Below, piece by piece: positions 1-11,405 of a stretch of 64,000 nucleotides of DNA. Under the pieces are notes generated by a model, which ran no database searches, had not been told where the DNA came from, and saw nothing but the letters and a program-made list of their open reading frames with translations. How positions within the stretch are numbered: the stretch's first letter is position 1; each line of letters starts with the position of its first letter. This DNA comes from Azolla caroliniana (Eukaryota > Plantae > Polypodiophyta), in contig JBHGNT010000018.1 in NCBI GenBank assembly GCA_043228905.1, positions 4,712,001 to 4,776,000 on the forward strand, written 5' to 3'. The translations under genes and the position numbers were made by a program.

Positions 1-977
1 CGTTCTCCCCACTATAAAATATATGCCAATAGCACATCTTTCTTCATGGTACCAATGGAAATAGGCTTATTGTTGATAATGGCAAATGACAACTGCCAAT
101 TTCAAGGATATGTGGTAGGGTAACAACATATAGCTTAGTGGTGTTACGAGCATTTTTTACCAAGAGAATTTGATGGCTGCTACTCACGATCCTTGCATGA
201 GGGATGTGTGTCATATCAACTGGTACACATGCCAATCATGGGTGAGAGAGATGGAGGAGCTATTACTTGTGAGCATGTAGGCATAATTCATCTAGATACA
301 CATGAGACCTTTAACATTATAAAGGTCATATAAGACTTTCAGCATTACACATTTCATGTAAGTGATATTGGTAATTTGGTTATATGCTGCTATACATTCC
401 ACATGAACCAAAAGCATTCAGCCATGTAAATCGGTCAATCAGCTGGAGCTCTCCCTCTTTGTAATTAGGTTGTACCTTCACACAAAGCCATGTTTGTCTC
501 AATCCATGCACTAGGGTTCAAATCTCACTAATTGCACTGCTTGAGAGTAGAAGCCAATGCATGAACAAGTAATTTATCTTTCGCAAGATCCTTCTAATTA
601 CAAGATTTAATCACATTTGCGCCTCTAATTAGAAAGAGTGGGCATGTTCCTAATCGACCGAATCAAAATCTTAATTTTGCAAATTCTTCCGTCTAATTAG
701 AAATTTAGTACTCACACATAAGAAAAAGGAATTAAAATGTTTGCTAAAAATCTCAATGGGGCTCAAAAGTTGGGAGTACACTTGTGAATAATGTAGATAA
801 AAGACATGGAATCTACATATATAAAACCTTCAATTATGTCATGTTGTCAATGTAGATAATATAGATACATATACATCCCAAAGTTTACATATAACAACTC
901 AAATATATGAGACCAATGATCAATCATTCTTTTGGAAGGAAGACTACATTTTTGAGGGTAGAACCTATCTATTAATC

Positions 978-3547
978 TCACAACCGCATCCATTCATATC
1001 TTCCACCCCTCAAGGGCCTCCCCTTCGCGGGGTCAAAATTATATCTGCAAGAAAAAAGAGCTTAGGGTTTTAATTCAAAACAATCTAACTACTAAACAAA
1101 AACTAAAAAACCTATGAGCAAAACCCAAGATTGCATAGAAAGTTGGATGAAGAGCCGAAAACAAGAAGAACGAAAAACCCATATAAATTCCAGGAGGGCA
1201 TGAAAAAAGCAAACAAATGAAGATACGAGTTTTTCAGTATGTATCAAGCATTATCGTCATTTTATTTACCTTTCGATGAACTTCCGCCTCTCTTGTTGTT
1301 CTGCGCTGCGGAAAAACGCCTCGATCTCACCCAAAGATGGTATGTCATTGCCCCTATCAAAAGGAGGGGCACTGAAGGATCGAGTTTGGCTTCGACAAGA
1401 TCTCCGAGATCTCGACATTGATTCCCGAGGATCTACACTCCGGACATCACTATCAGGTGTACTCTCTTCTTGGGTTCTTCCCCTTCTCTGTTGCCTATTG
1501 GGTTATTACAGATAATGCTGAGATGTCTTTAAGTGGAAACAAGGTGCATTGGCACAAACATGTTAATAAAAAGTACATAATGTGGATATGCAACAAAGTA
1601 ATGTGAAATCTGCAAGAATGCAATCGTGTAATAGATTCATCGTAATCCAATGCTCAAACGTAAGAACAGATCATGGACAATCAGAAATCGCTAACTGAGA
1701 ATTTCTTTTAACATGTTAATAAAAAGTACATAATGTGGATATGCAACAACGTAATGTGAAATCTGCAAGAATGCAATTGTGTAATATATTCATCGTAATC
1801 CAATGCTCAAACCTAAGAACAGACCATGGACCATCAGAAATCGCTAACTGAGAATTTCTTTTTACTTGTATCTTAACTAGATGTATGATGGATTGCAATG
1901 TAGAAATGCATAGTGGGTGTTTATTTTTCCTTTTACCTATCTTTATGTTTGTTCGGCGGCCCCATCATCTCACTTTCATCACCAAACGACAGCTCGACCT
2001 CCTATATTTAAGACCATCATTTATTTCACTTGAGATTGATTAGACTATAAAATACATATATGATGTGCATATGTTGAATAAGACAATATTGACTGAATAG
2101 GCCATCACTTTTGCATGCTCAATCCAGTACAACAAATAATTCCTTTCTAATTTCACAAAAAATTATTTGAGAGAAATGATATTATTTTTCTCAGCCTGGT
2201 TATAAGACTAGCATATTTTGCTCAATCTACTATATGATGATGATCATTGAATGAATAAAACTACATGGCCATCACGTTTTGCATGCTCAATCCAGTACAG
2301 CAAAGATTTCCATGCTCACTACACAAATTCGATGTGAGAGAAATGATATTATTTTTCTCAGCCTAGTTATAAGACTAGCAAATTTTGCTCCAATCTACTA
2401 CATGATGATGATTGTTGTTCAATTTCATGTTAACAGAAAGACAACAGAAAGCCAAGATGAACCAAATCATACATTGGATGAGATAATCAATCCAGCATTG
2501 AAGTAGAAAGAAAACATAAGCATATACCTCAGCAGCACTAGAGCAACTCCTTGCATTAATCCTTTGAAATGCTTCTTCTTCTTCTTCGTCGTCGTTATGA
2601 CTGCATCTTCCTATTAAAATCTGTTGTCTCCTGCGATGTCTTGTGAGGATACGGAGAGATGGGCGATGGGTATTAGAAACACACACCGAATTGCTCGTGG
2701 AGGCAGTAGGGGTCAATCTCTGGACATGGATTGAGGCCTCATCATGCTGATTGTCAATGTTGGTATCAATGACTGTCATATCTGAACATTGCATTGTTGT
2801 GTATTGGGCCTTTAGTGTTCTTTGAATCGAAGAAGTAACTCTACATGCATTATCATTATCATCATCATCATGAGGAAACTTTCTTTCATGATGATGGCAA
2901 TGCAATTCATTACCACTGTCATTGCCATGACTGAATTTAGCAATACCATGATCATGAGGCAATTTATCACCGCCATCATCATTATCGCAGTACAATTTAT
3001 CATCATCACAGTCATTATCATCGTCATCATCATGCAATTTACTGCCATTGCCATCATTAACATGATCTAATTCATCGTCATCATCATCATCATGCAACTT
3101 ATCACCATCATTTTCATGAGTTAAATTGCAACTTGATATGCATTTCTTCTTCTTCTTCTTCTTCTTCTTCTCTTTCTTCTTCATCATCATTAAGCAGCTA
3201 TGGAGCTTAATAGGAGACTCTACCACAACAACCAATTTTACTTGATTGTTGGACTCTCTTCTAGAGATGGGGGGAAGCTTCTCAAGACGCCTACTTCTGA
3301 GCTCCATGTAGCTTTCATGGCTTTTAATGACAGTAGACTTAGTTTCAGTCCTAGTTTTATTAGTTTTAGTACAAGATGGAGTGAAGACTTGCTTTGGGTC
3401 TTTCTTCTTTCCAGAGATTTTTGAAACTTTTTCTTCTTCTTTTTCCTTTTCATCTTCGAATTCTTTGGTTCGAATACTTTTCTTTGAAGAATCTCCTTGA
3501 AGATCTAGCGCTAGAGCTCTAGCTCTTGTTCTCACGCCTTCTTCCAT
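978..3547 (-). CDS. KRP: ICK/KRP (Kip-related) cyclin-dependent kinase inhibitor, 4 exons: 3547-2528, 2001-1937, 1494-1270, 1044-978; about 458 aa
   Basis: KRP motifs occur in order: GVRTRA and YMELRSRRLEK (exon 1), EVELSFGDE (exon 2), ESTPDS and IPSLGEIEAFFRSAEQQERRKFIE (exon 3), RYNFDPAKGRPLRGGRYEW-stop (exon 4, CDK/cyclin-inhibitory domain). All three introns are GT-AG with consistent phases (0,2,2). The start at ATG 3547 is assumed; the ORF-track start at 3580 is GTG. Confidence 0.93.
1557..1864. repeat. Tandem duplication (~153 bp x2) in KRP intron 2
   Basis: The unit ACATGTTAATAAAAAGTACATAATGTGG...GAGAATTTCTTTT is present twice with few substitutions. Confidence 0.9.
2099..2416. repeat. 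Diverged tandem duplication (~167 bp x2) in KRP intron 1
   Basis: GGCCATCAC..TTTGCATGCTCAATCCAGTAC...GAGAGAAATGATATTATTTTTCTCAGCCT..TTATAAGACTAGCA occurs at about 2100 and 2267. Confidence 0.8.
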
Positions 3548-3995
3548 AGATGATACAGAGGGTACAGATGAGAAAAGCACGGAGTTATAAAAACACGGAG
3601 ACCAGATATATATGTGTATAGAGATGTAGATACATATAGTTATATATACAGAAAATACAGAATTGAGGAATGAAAGAGACTACAAAAAAAAAAAGGATTC
3701 AGAAATCACAAAGCTGAGAGCTCGCCACATTCATAGCTTGAGCTAAATCTATGAGACTTGAGGAAGAAATCGAAGGAAGAATGGAGAGGAGAGAGGATTC
3801 GATCAGAAGAAGGTAGAAGGGAATTCAAGAGCTTCTTCATGTTCCTTTTTCTTTCCTTCTCTCATTCATTCTGGCTATGGAGGAGGAAAATCAGAATGAG
3901 AAAGAAGGAGAGGGAGTGGGGGGGGAGCATAAAGCAAAAAGAAAAACTCAGACAGAGAACGTTGGAGACGCACGAGGGGAAGGGGTTTTACCTTT

Positions 3996-4376
3996 AACCA
4001 TGGTTGGGTTGTCTGAGGATTAGGGTTTTTCTGTTCTTCCTGCTTTTGCTTTTTTGCTTTTTGCTTTTTTGCCTTTTGCTTCTTCTTTTTTGTTGACCTT
4101 CAAAAGAAGAGAATGGACATGTAAACACATACTAGGGTTTATCTCTCCAAGGATTAGGGTTTATATCTGCTCCTGCTATTGCTTTTTGCTTTTTTGTTGA
4201 CCTTCAAAGAAGAGAATGGACATGTAAACACATACTTCCTGACCTCTAACCATGGTTGGAGTGTCCAAGGATTAGGGTTTATCTCTCCAAGGATTAGGGT
4301 TTATATCTGCTCCTACTTTTGCTTTTGGCTTTTGGCTTTTTTGTTGACCTTCACATAAGAGAATGGACATGTAAAC
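3996..4376. repeat. Three imperfect tandem units upstream of KRP, containing five telo-box motifs (TAGGGTTT)
   Basis: The unit GGATTAGGGTTT...GCTTTT...GTTGACCTTCA..AGAGAATGGACATGTAAAC is repeated. TAGGGTTT occurs at 4021, 4133, 4155, 4273 and 4295. Confidence 0.85.
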
Positions 4377-4785
4377 CTGTCCCTCCCAACCCGGTCCCAT
4401 CTTTATGCTCGTTATCAGGGTCCCCCTTCTTCATTGACTCGATGGATATCCCTCCAACACGTCCTCGCCTCTAGTTGCCCACAACTTCTCTTCTCTCCAA
4501 CACCTAAATTAGGCACAACTTTCCTGTTATACCGAATGAGTCGTGCTTTGTTGCTTAAGCCTCCGTCGATTAGCCATCTAGTTGGCCACAAACATGCCTA
4601 TTGTCCTGACATGTCCACCTAATCATACATGTCCTATGTCGTGTCCAAACACATACTGGTTGCCCACAATAGGTTGGGTGAATTGGGTGCAAGCCTATCT
4701 TGTTGTCGTGGGTCTAGTGTTTGGATGTTCATCTAACTGCAAACAATCTATTTGGTGTGAGTCCATCTAGCTTGCCCATGGTTTA

Positions 4786-5021
4786 TCGTTTGAATTTTCA
4801 TATGATTGCCTACAACACGTTGATGCTCCCTATATGATGTTTTTGGCATAGCGTATGAGAAAAGGGAGAAGTCATCAATATAGATCATTAAGTGGCGTAT
4901 TGTTTGAATGTTCATTTGATCACTTGCCTACAACACGCTGATGCACCTGATATGATGTCTTTCTTTGGCATAGCTCACGAGATAAGGGAGAGGTCATCAC
5001 CATAGATCATTAAGGGGTGTA
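4786..5021. repeat. Diverged tandem duplication (~118 bp x2)
   Basis: TTGCCTACAACACG..GATG...TTTGGCATAGC...AAGGGAGA.GTCATCA..ATAGATCATTAAG occurs twice. Confidence 0.75.
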
Positions 5022-8000
5022 AACAGAAATTACTTTATTTTGACCATGATTTATTTATTATAACCTTCTTACCTTTAGAAGGCATCCCTTTGGGGCCCCT
5101 TTAGTTTCAAAATGATGACTGATTTCATATATTCATGGAATGAATTTATGATACAATTTGGCCCATTTATTCCATATGCACCCTTCTCCTTGCACAAAGT
5201 TTTGTTGGTGCTACAATGTTTGAGTCTTAGTGACTAAAATGGAATTTTTGTAGCCTATTTGACTATGTTATGTTACGGATTTAGGATTGGAGATAATTTT
5301 GTTCCACTTATAGATGGATTCTATTTTTTTGCACATAACATCAAATTACTATCCAATGATATGCTTTTAGTTGAGGAATTTGTACGCATGTCAAATTTTG
5401 TTCACTTATAAACTAAACTAGTGTTATGGTGCAAGTAATGTTTCTCTATGTTCTTATTGATGAATGCATCACTCAACAACACAAGATTAACTAGATAATC
5501 ATGACATGTGTAATTTCGTAAAAGTGAAGGATGTCCCTACTTTATTGAATATTCATCCATTTCCGTCTTTTAGAATGTATTCTTGATTGCTATTGTCTCC
5601 CATTTATAACTAGATTTGGTTTAAATAAGGCGAGGGTTTAGGATGTGCACACAACTAATGACAAAATTGGAATGGATATATGTATAAAGGAAAGAGAGAG
5701 GATATGTACATGTACGGTGTGAGATAAAAATTTCATAATGGGAGAATATGTAGTATACTCTTTCAATCATCCAAGAATCTATATTTATATTGTCAGAATT
5801 GTAATCTTACCCAATCTAAAGCAGACCTTTAGTGCCACAAATTGGTTGTACTACATGACAAATCAATCAACGAAGGGGAATATTGCACGAGAAGAATACA
5901 ATGACCGCTTCCAAGTTCATATTGATGGGTTTGTAACTTAAAGTAAAAATCAAAACAACTTTGTCTAGCTTCCAAATGTGACAATAAGCGTATAAATAAG
6001 TGGGTTAGAACACTCATTGTCTTCAAGCTTAATAAATACTTATTGCAATGTGTGAACGGAAAAACAACAAAGGACAATAAGATTTTGTTGTCACCTATTC
6101 ACTACCATTATGAAGGTTGGGCAACATGGCAACATTTGTACTTTTTTAGTTTTTGTTGTGTGGTTCTTAGTACTTACATTGTGATTGCTCGGGTCAGAGT
6201 TCACATGGCCCAACTTGTGAATTACATGGACAATGGGAGCTCTCATGTTCTATAATGTAATACTCAAATCCATAACTTTTCCTTTTAGTTTTTAATGTAG
6301 ATTATGTTGTATCTCTATGTTGTAAGTTTGCTCGAATTTTCAATGACATTGATGCAATGCTTGTGTATGGGCATGCAAGTAGAGGGGTGCAAGGAGGACA
6401 AAGTTTTGAATGTCAAAGGAGAGCTATGGTCATGAAGTGGCACAACTCGTGATTTGCGACACATAAGTTACAATTTCAAATTTCAAGCAACGGGTAAGGT
6501 GATCCACATTCATTATATGATAGCTCCACATTTATAATCTGATTTCCCCATAAAAAAAATTTCACAGTTCAAAAGTTGAAAACAATATATAAATGCTTTC
6601 TTAAGACAACACTTAAAATTATTGATCGGAGAGGAACCGACATGAGTCTTTTGTCAGAATCCTCTTTTTTTGTTTGGGATAATTAACTTTAACATAAATT
6701 AAGCTTGTTGTGCTAGACCCCATGTCCAAAGGTACAAATAATAGAGCTTTTATGCACACTATGGGGTTATGTGCCTTGATATCCCAACAATTTTCTCCTA
6801 AAAAGCTTTTCACAACCTAGGGGTCGAAAACAATGTGTCGACCTACCTCTAGGCATTGCCAAATAAAATGGCGCCTTCTACAAAGCTATATAAATTTGGT
6901 AACATTCCACACATAGTTACTATGGAGAATATAATCTAAAATACTTTACGACAAAACCAAACGGTCTGGAATACGATACCACAACATCATCTCTCAACCA
7001 AAAGCTGCTAGAAAATGCATCCCCATGGATTTCTCCAACAATCCACACAAACATCTATATAAGCCTCGACGTGACGCAAAGAAGCTATGCAAATGAGCTA
7101 GCAAGACCATGCAATCAGAGAGGCAACGAAAGCACGTTCGTGATCGTAATGATAAAGTGTGATGGACGACGAGCTTCCGATGGACGCGAAGATCGCATGG
7201 CATGGTCTGGCAATTTGCATACCTCATCCCATGGCTCGGGCGTGAGCGAAAGAGAAGGCAACTGGGCAAGCCAATGCTTCCTTCTAGGGGTGCTTGTACT
7301 GCGAAGATTGTGTGTGTTAATTTAGAGAGGTGTGTTCATTGGTTTGTGAAGACAAGAAGGTTGCATGAGTTAAATTTAATATATCTATGTATAATGTGGG
7401 CATAAAGACCTCATGTACAAAAAGCCCGGGGGGGGGGGGGGGGGGGTGGCCGTCAAATACTAACGGCAAAGGGCCCCGCCGTTCCATTTGCCGTCTAAAC
7501 TAACGGCAGCCGGCCGTCGCCGAACCTCCTCGGATCCTATTTATCCATTTATATTTTATTTCTCTCTTTGCGGAAAAGTGAGACCAATTATGTATTTTTT
7601 ATTATTATTATATATTTTTTCAAAAATTATTATATTATTGTTTGATTAAAAGCCAGAAATTATTACGTGCCCTCCCCCCCCCCCCCCTTCCCCAAATTTC
7701 AGCCGTTCGTTTTTATTTGTACCTATTTTTAAATTAAAATAACAAATAATAAAAAACAAATCCTGTCTTTTGAGAGAACCAATACTATTAATTTAATCGA
7801 TAAAAAACTTAAACGATATTTAAATTTTAACAATAATAGAGGGAAAAAAACAGTTAATTTTGACATAATAAAATAAGGAAATTTATGAATTCATTAATGA
7901 ACTTCCTCAAAAGAAAATAAAATTTATTATTTAATTTTCCAAGAGATATAGCTATTTGTTTAATTTATTTAACTCGAATTTCTAGTTTATTATTAATTAT

Positions 8001-8392
8001 TACTCAAATAAAAAAAACATTTGTAGATAATTATAAAGTTATCCGTTTCACACTCCAAAAAATCGAGAAATTGATACTATTACTAATATATGCTTTAACT
8101 CTTGTTTAAAGAGTATGTAGTTCAAAGAAAATGAAGATTTTTAAAACAAAATTTTAATTTATTATCTTTACTCCATTTCATGTTAAACCATGATCAAAAG
8201 AAGGTGCATCAACGGTCGAGGTATCATGCTTACTGATTCGATTCTAGGATAAAAACAACAAGAAGGTGCAATAACAACTTCACATGATGTGCCTTCTCCG
8301 CCATCTCTAGGGAGTGAGGACACATTATTTAGTATTAATCCATGGCCAAAAACGTGTTAAAGTCTCAAAACCCTAATACATCTTTGCCACTT

Positions 8393-8734
8393 TTGGTTCA
8401 TGACTTAAAGATATTGCACAATTCTCGAAAACCAATGAATGTCGTCGGATTGTATCCCTTGAACCTACACCCATGTATCGAGGAACCTCTTAAACAAGGA
8501 CTTAAAAGAGAATAACAATTGATCCATGGCATAGAATGCGGCACAGATCTCCGCACTAATGCATATGCATCGTCAATACTGGTTTTTGAATTTGTGCTCC
8601 ATTCTCTAGTTGCGGATCAATAATGTCCCCTCATTTAAGATGCCCCTTGAGATAGGGGTGTAGGTTCATGGGGCACAATCTCATGACATGTAATGGTTTT
8701 TGAGATTTGTGCAATATCCTAAGTCATGAACAAA
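8393..8734. mobile_element. Fold-back element / MITE (long imperfect palindrome)
   Basis: 8393-8500 is the imperfect reverse complement of 8629-8734 (GTTCATGACTTA..GATATTGCACAA / TTGTGCAATATC.TAAGTCATGAAC). Inner arms 8519-8548 and 8590-8620 also pair. No TSD was identified. Confidence 0.7.
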
Positions 8735-9137
8735 TAACCTCTCCTCATTTAAGAGTCTCTTGATACAGTGATGAAGAGGCATTGCACTTTGGACAAGCCC
8801 AAAAAAGCAGGAAAACTTTATGGATTGGCTACGAGACATGTATTGAGAAATTTAATGTGATGCTATTATGGACATTCGCCTTGATAATTTATTTCTCAAT
8901 GTCATTACATATTAGGCCCACAACTATGTCTCTAGTACCCATACATCCAAATGGGTGCAGTGCTAGTAGTATGAAAGCCCATGTTGAACCTTTAGACGAG
9001 TTATCACATTTTTAATTGGAAAGAGGATAGCAGTTCCCATGAATAAATATGAGCACAAGCCAACATCCTCATTAGAGGGTTATCAACACTCTTTGTTCTA
9101 AGTACTTGTCTAGTGTGAGATGCTAATATTAGTTGGG

Positions 9138-9139
9138 GT

Positions 9140-9221
<82 letters not shown>
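9138..9221. repeat. Compound microsatellite (GT)n(GA)n
   Basis: Read directly from the sequence. Confidence 0.97.
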
Positions 9222-9228
<7 letters not shown>

Positions 9229-9797
9229 CAAATTGGCGATGGGGAATTCAACTATTTTATCTTCGTTTGTTGCAAAATCTTTGTGCATAAGGGATTGGTT
9301 ATCGTTAAATGGTCAAAATGATGATTCAATTAGAATTTGTTAAGAAAATTAATTTACTCTCTACTTTATGTTGCATGTCAAGAAATGCATGTATGTTTTG
9401 AGCGAACTGTGTGGGATTGCTTACACTAGCTTTAATAGTCATAAACGACATATTTTGGGGCGTGAATTGGATATTTTGGGATGTTAGGGCCTACATTCCT
9501 ATTTTAGTAATAGGAATATTATAGGCTATTTTGTGTCAGAGCTCATAAGTGAGCATTAAAGTACTAGTTAGTACTTGTGTTACCTCACTATCAAAAGCTT
9601 GTATATAAAGTGCTATGTGAGCTCATTCTATGTACTAAGAATTATCGTTTTGAATTGAAGTTGTTTTGCATGCTCACTCGGTCTCTCTCTCACACTGTGT
9701 ACTTGCTCTCCACCTCTATTCTTTGTGAATACCTAACTGTCTAGTATTGCCGGTTGAGTTGACTACTTGTGTAAGCTTCTGCATATAAACTTTTACA

Positions 9798-9809
9798 TGG
9801 TATCAGAGC
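9798..9809 (+). other. Primer-binding site complementary to the initiator tRNA-Met 3' end
   Basis: TGGTATCAGAGC directly follows the LTR-terminal CA. Confidence 0.9.
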
Positions 9810-10613
9810 GTGAAGATTGAGAAACATCCTTTACAGCCGACAAGCATACTCATAGACAAAGCTTTCATCTTTAGGATAGAAGAAGAGATAGGACCATGGA
9901 CAGAGCATTGGGAAGTTCCTCGTTGACAGAGAAACTCGACAGGAACAACTCTGGATCTTGGGCATATAAGATGCATGGACGACATGAGTATTAGAGTTAC
10001 ATGGATGGAGCAAATGAAGAAGCTTCGGAGCCCCGAAGCAAGCAACAAGTCCAGTTTTGTACTGCTTGACATCGTTTGTCCACGACCAGATCCTCGAGTA
10101 CATTAGGGATGCGAAGTTGTTGAAAGAGGTGGCAAAATCTAAAGAAGATTTTTGCCACCAACACCACAACCCGTAAGTTGCAACTTAGATAGGAGCTCAA
10201 CAACATTTGACAGGGAGGAATGTAGGTAACTGACTACACCACGTTCAAAGTCAAGGAGATGTGTGACGTACTATGGTCCACCAGCGTGATGGTGGATGAA
10301 GTCGAGATGGTGCAGATATGCCTAGGTGATCTTGCTCAAAAGTACGAGACGATTCATACGACTACCTGCACAAGGGAGAAGCCGTTGTTGTTTTTTGACT
10401 TTGCAGTTGATGCTTCTTGTAGAGGAGAACCATGCAGTCGTATCGATGAGCATGCACGTCGACAACAAGATGCTGTACATAGAGGCAGATCAACCCTGTG
10501 GTTGTGGTGGACGAAGTGGATCGACGCGCACAAATGGCAACCGTTATGAGCAGAATCAAAGGCACAACATGGGTGCCAACAATAGTGAACCCTCCACGAG
10601 TAAGGGGAGTCAG

Positions 10614-10977
10614 TGTCATAGACATGATGGAATGTAGGGGGTTGAACCCATGACCTCTTGGTCTAATTGGGCGACCTTACCAATTGAGCTACATTCCATC
10701 TGCATTATTATATTGTATAAGTTTCAACTTATTACATTGTAAGTTAATCACTAGAACTTTCAAGAAACTTCTAGAGAATGCATAGACATGCACTCTCTAG
10801 AAGTTTCCATAGAAGTTTCAATGCATTCTCTAGATCTTTCCTAACTTACATGCATACCACCACATTCTTGTATAAATACTTCGATGCACCTTGATTACAA
10901 TCAAGGTGAACAACACCAGTCTCTTTCCTAATATTGGGCTCGCCTACTTGTCCTTGCCCTCGTCTACGTCCGTGACA
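10614..10977 (+). mobile_element. Solo LTR (364 bp) inserted in Copia A gag
   Basis: TGTCA...TGACA termini, 5-bp TSD GTCAG/GTCAA (1 mismatch), internal TATAAATA. Contains a tRNA-like module. Confidence 0.85.
10628..10697 (-). other. tRNA-derived (pseudo-tRNA) module within the solo LTR
   Basis: The minus strand reads GGAATGTAGCTCAATTGGTAAGG...GGTCATGGGTTCAACCCCCTACATTCCA. It has an acceptor-like stem GGAATGT/ACATTCC, A-box TAGCTCAATTGG and B-box GGTTCAACCCC. The anticodon arm does not fold. Confidence 0.75.
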
Positions 10978-11405
10978 GTCAAGATGGTGCCGGAAGCCGG
11001 CAAGCAAAAACCACTGATTTTTGGTATTGTGGTGGGAAAGGCCACAAAGAAAGCGAGTGCTAGAAGAAACGGGTTAATTCGGACAAAGTCGAATCGAGTA
11101 GAGCAATTTCCGAGTGTCAGAAAAGATCTCACTATGCGCAAGGCGTGTTCGATAGACCTTGCATTCGTCATGAAGCATAAGGCCAATCGAATGGGAGTGG
11201 GCACCTTGAAGCCGAACGAGGTGTGGTAAGTTCACTCCGGTGCATCGAACCACATGACGAATTATGAGGAATTGGTAGGAAACAGGTCCCTTCGAATGGG
11301 GAGAACAAGCCTTGGATGTGGAAGAGCGCGAGCCGGATCGGAAGGGTCTAAAGGAGAGAGAACCAGAGCGAAGTTCGACGAACAAGAGCTAGATCGGCTA
11401 GAAGG

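Larger units (their letters stand above)
9482..11405 (+). mobile_element. Ty1/Copia element A (5' LTR, Met-PBS, degenerate gag, large internal deletion), truncated by a Gypsy insertion
   Basis: The LTR ends ...TTTTACA at 9797 and is followed by PBS TGGTATCAGAGC. Gag remnants include LTEKLDRNNSGSWAYKM, a zinc-knuckle remnant (WYCGGKGH..SEC) and a protease-like stretch near 11225-11260. The LTR resembles the one at 57712-58134. The LTR 5' end is uncertain (9482 or about 9338). Confidence 0.8.

Noticed and set aside
1-600. Possible LINE endonuclease remnant on the minus strand (DRFTWLN-like motif near 420-440)
   Set aside because: Only a single short motif in heavily degraded sequence, which is not enough to call.
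2375-2527. Hydrophobic C-terminus of ORF 2375-3580 as a membrane anchor
   Set aside because: This is read-through into intron 1 past the GAG|GT donor at 2528. The conserved KRP motifs continue in downstream exons.
6994-7405. GC-richer island with short ORFs and a minus-strand splice-donor-like site; possible miRNA or gene
   Set aside because: I could not recognise a match to any conserved plant miRNA, and found no convincing hairpin or protein motif.
10628-10697. Functional tRNA gene
   Set aside because: There is no foldable anticodon arm and it sits inside a TSD-flanked solo LTR, so it is reported as a tRNA-like module instead.
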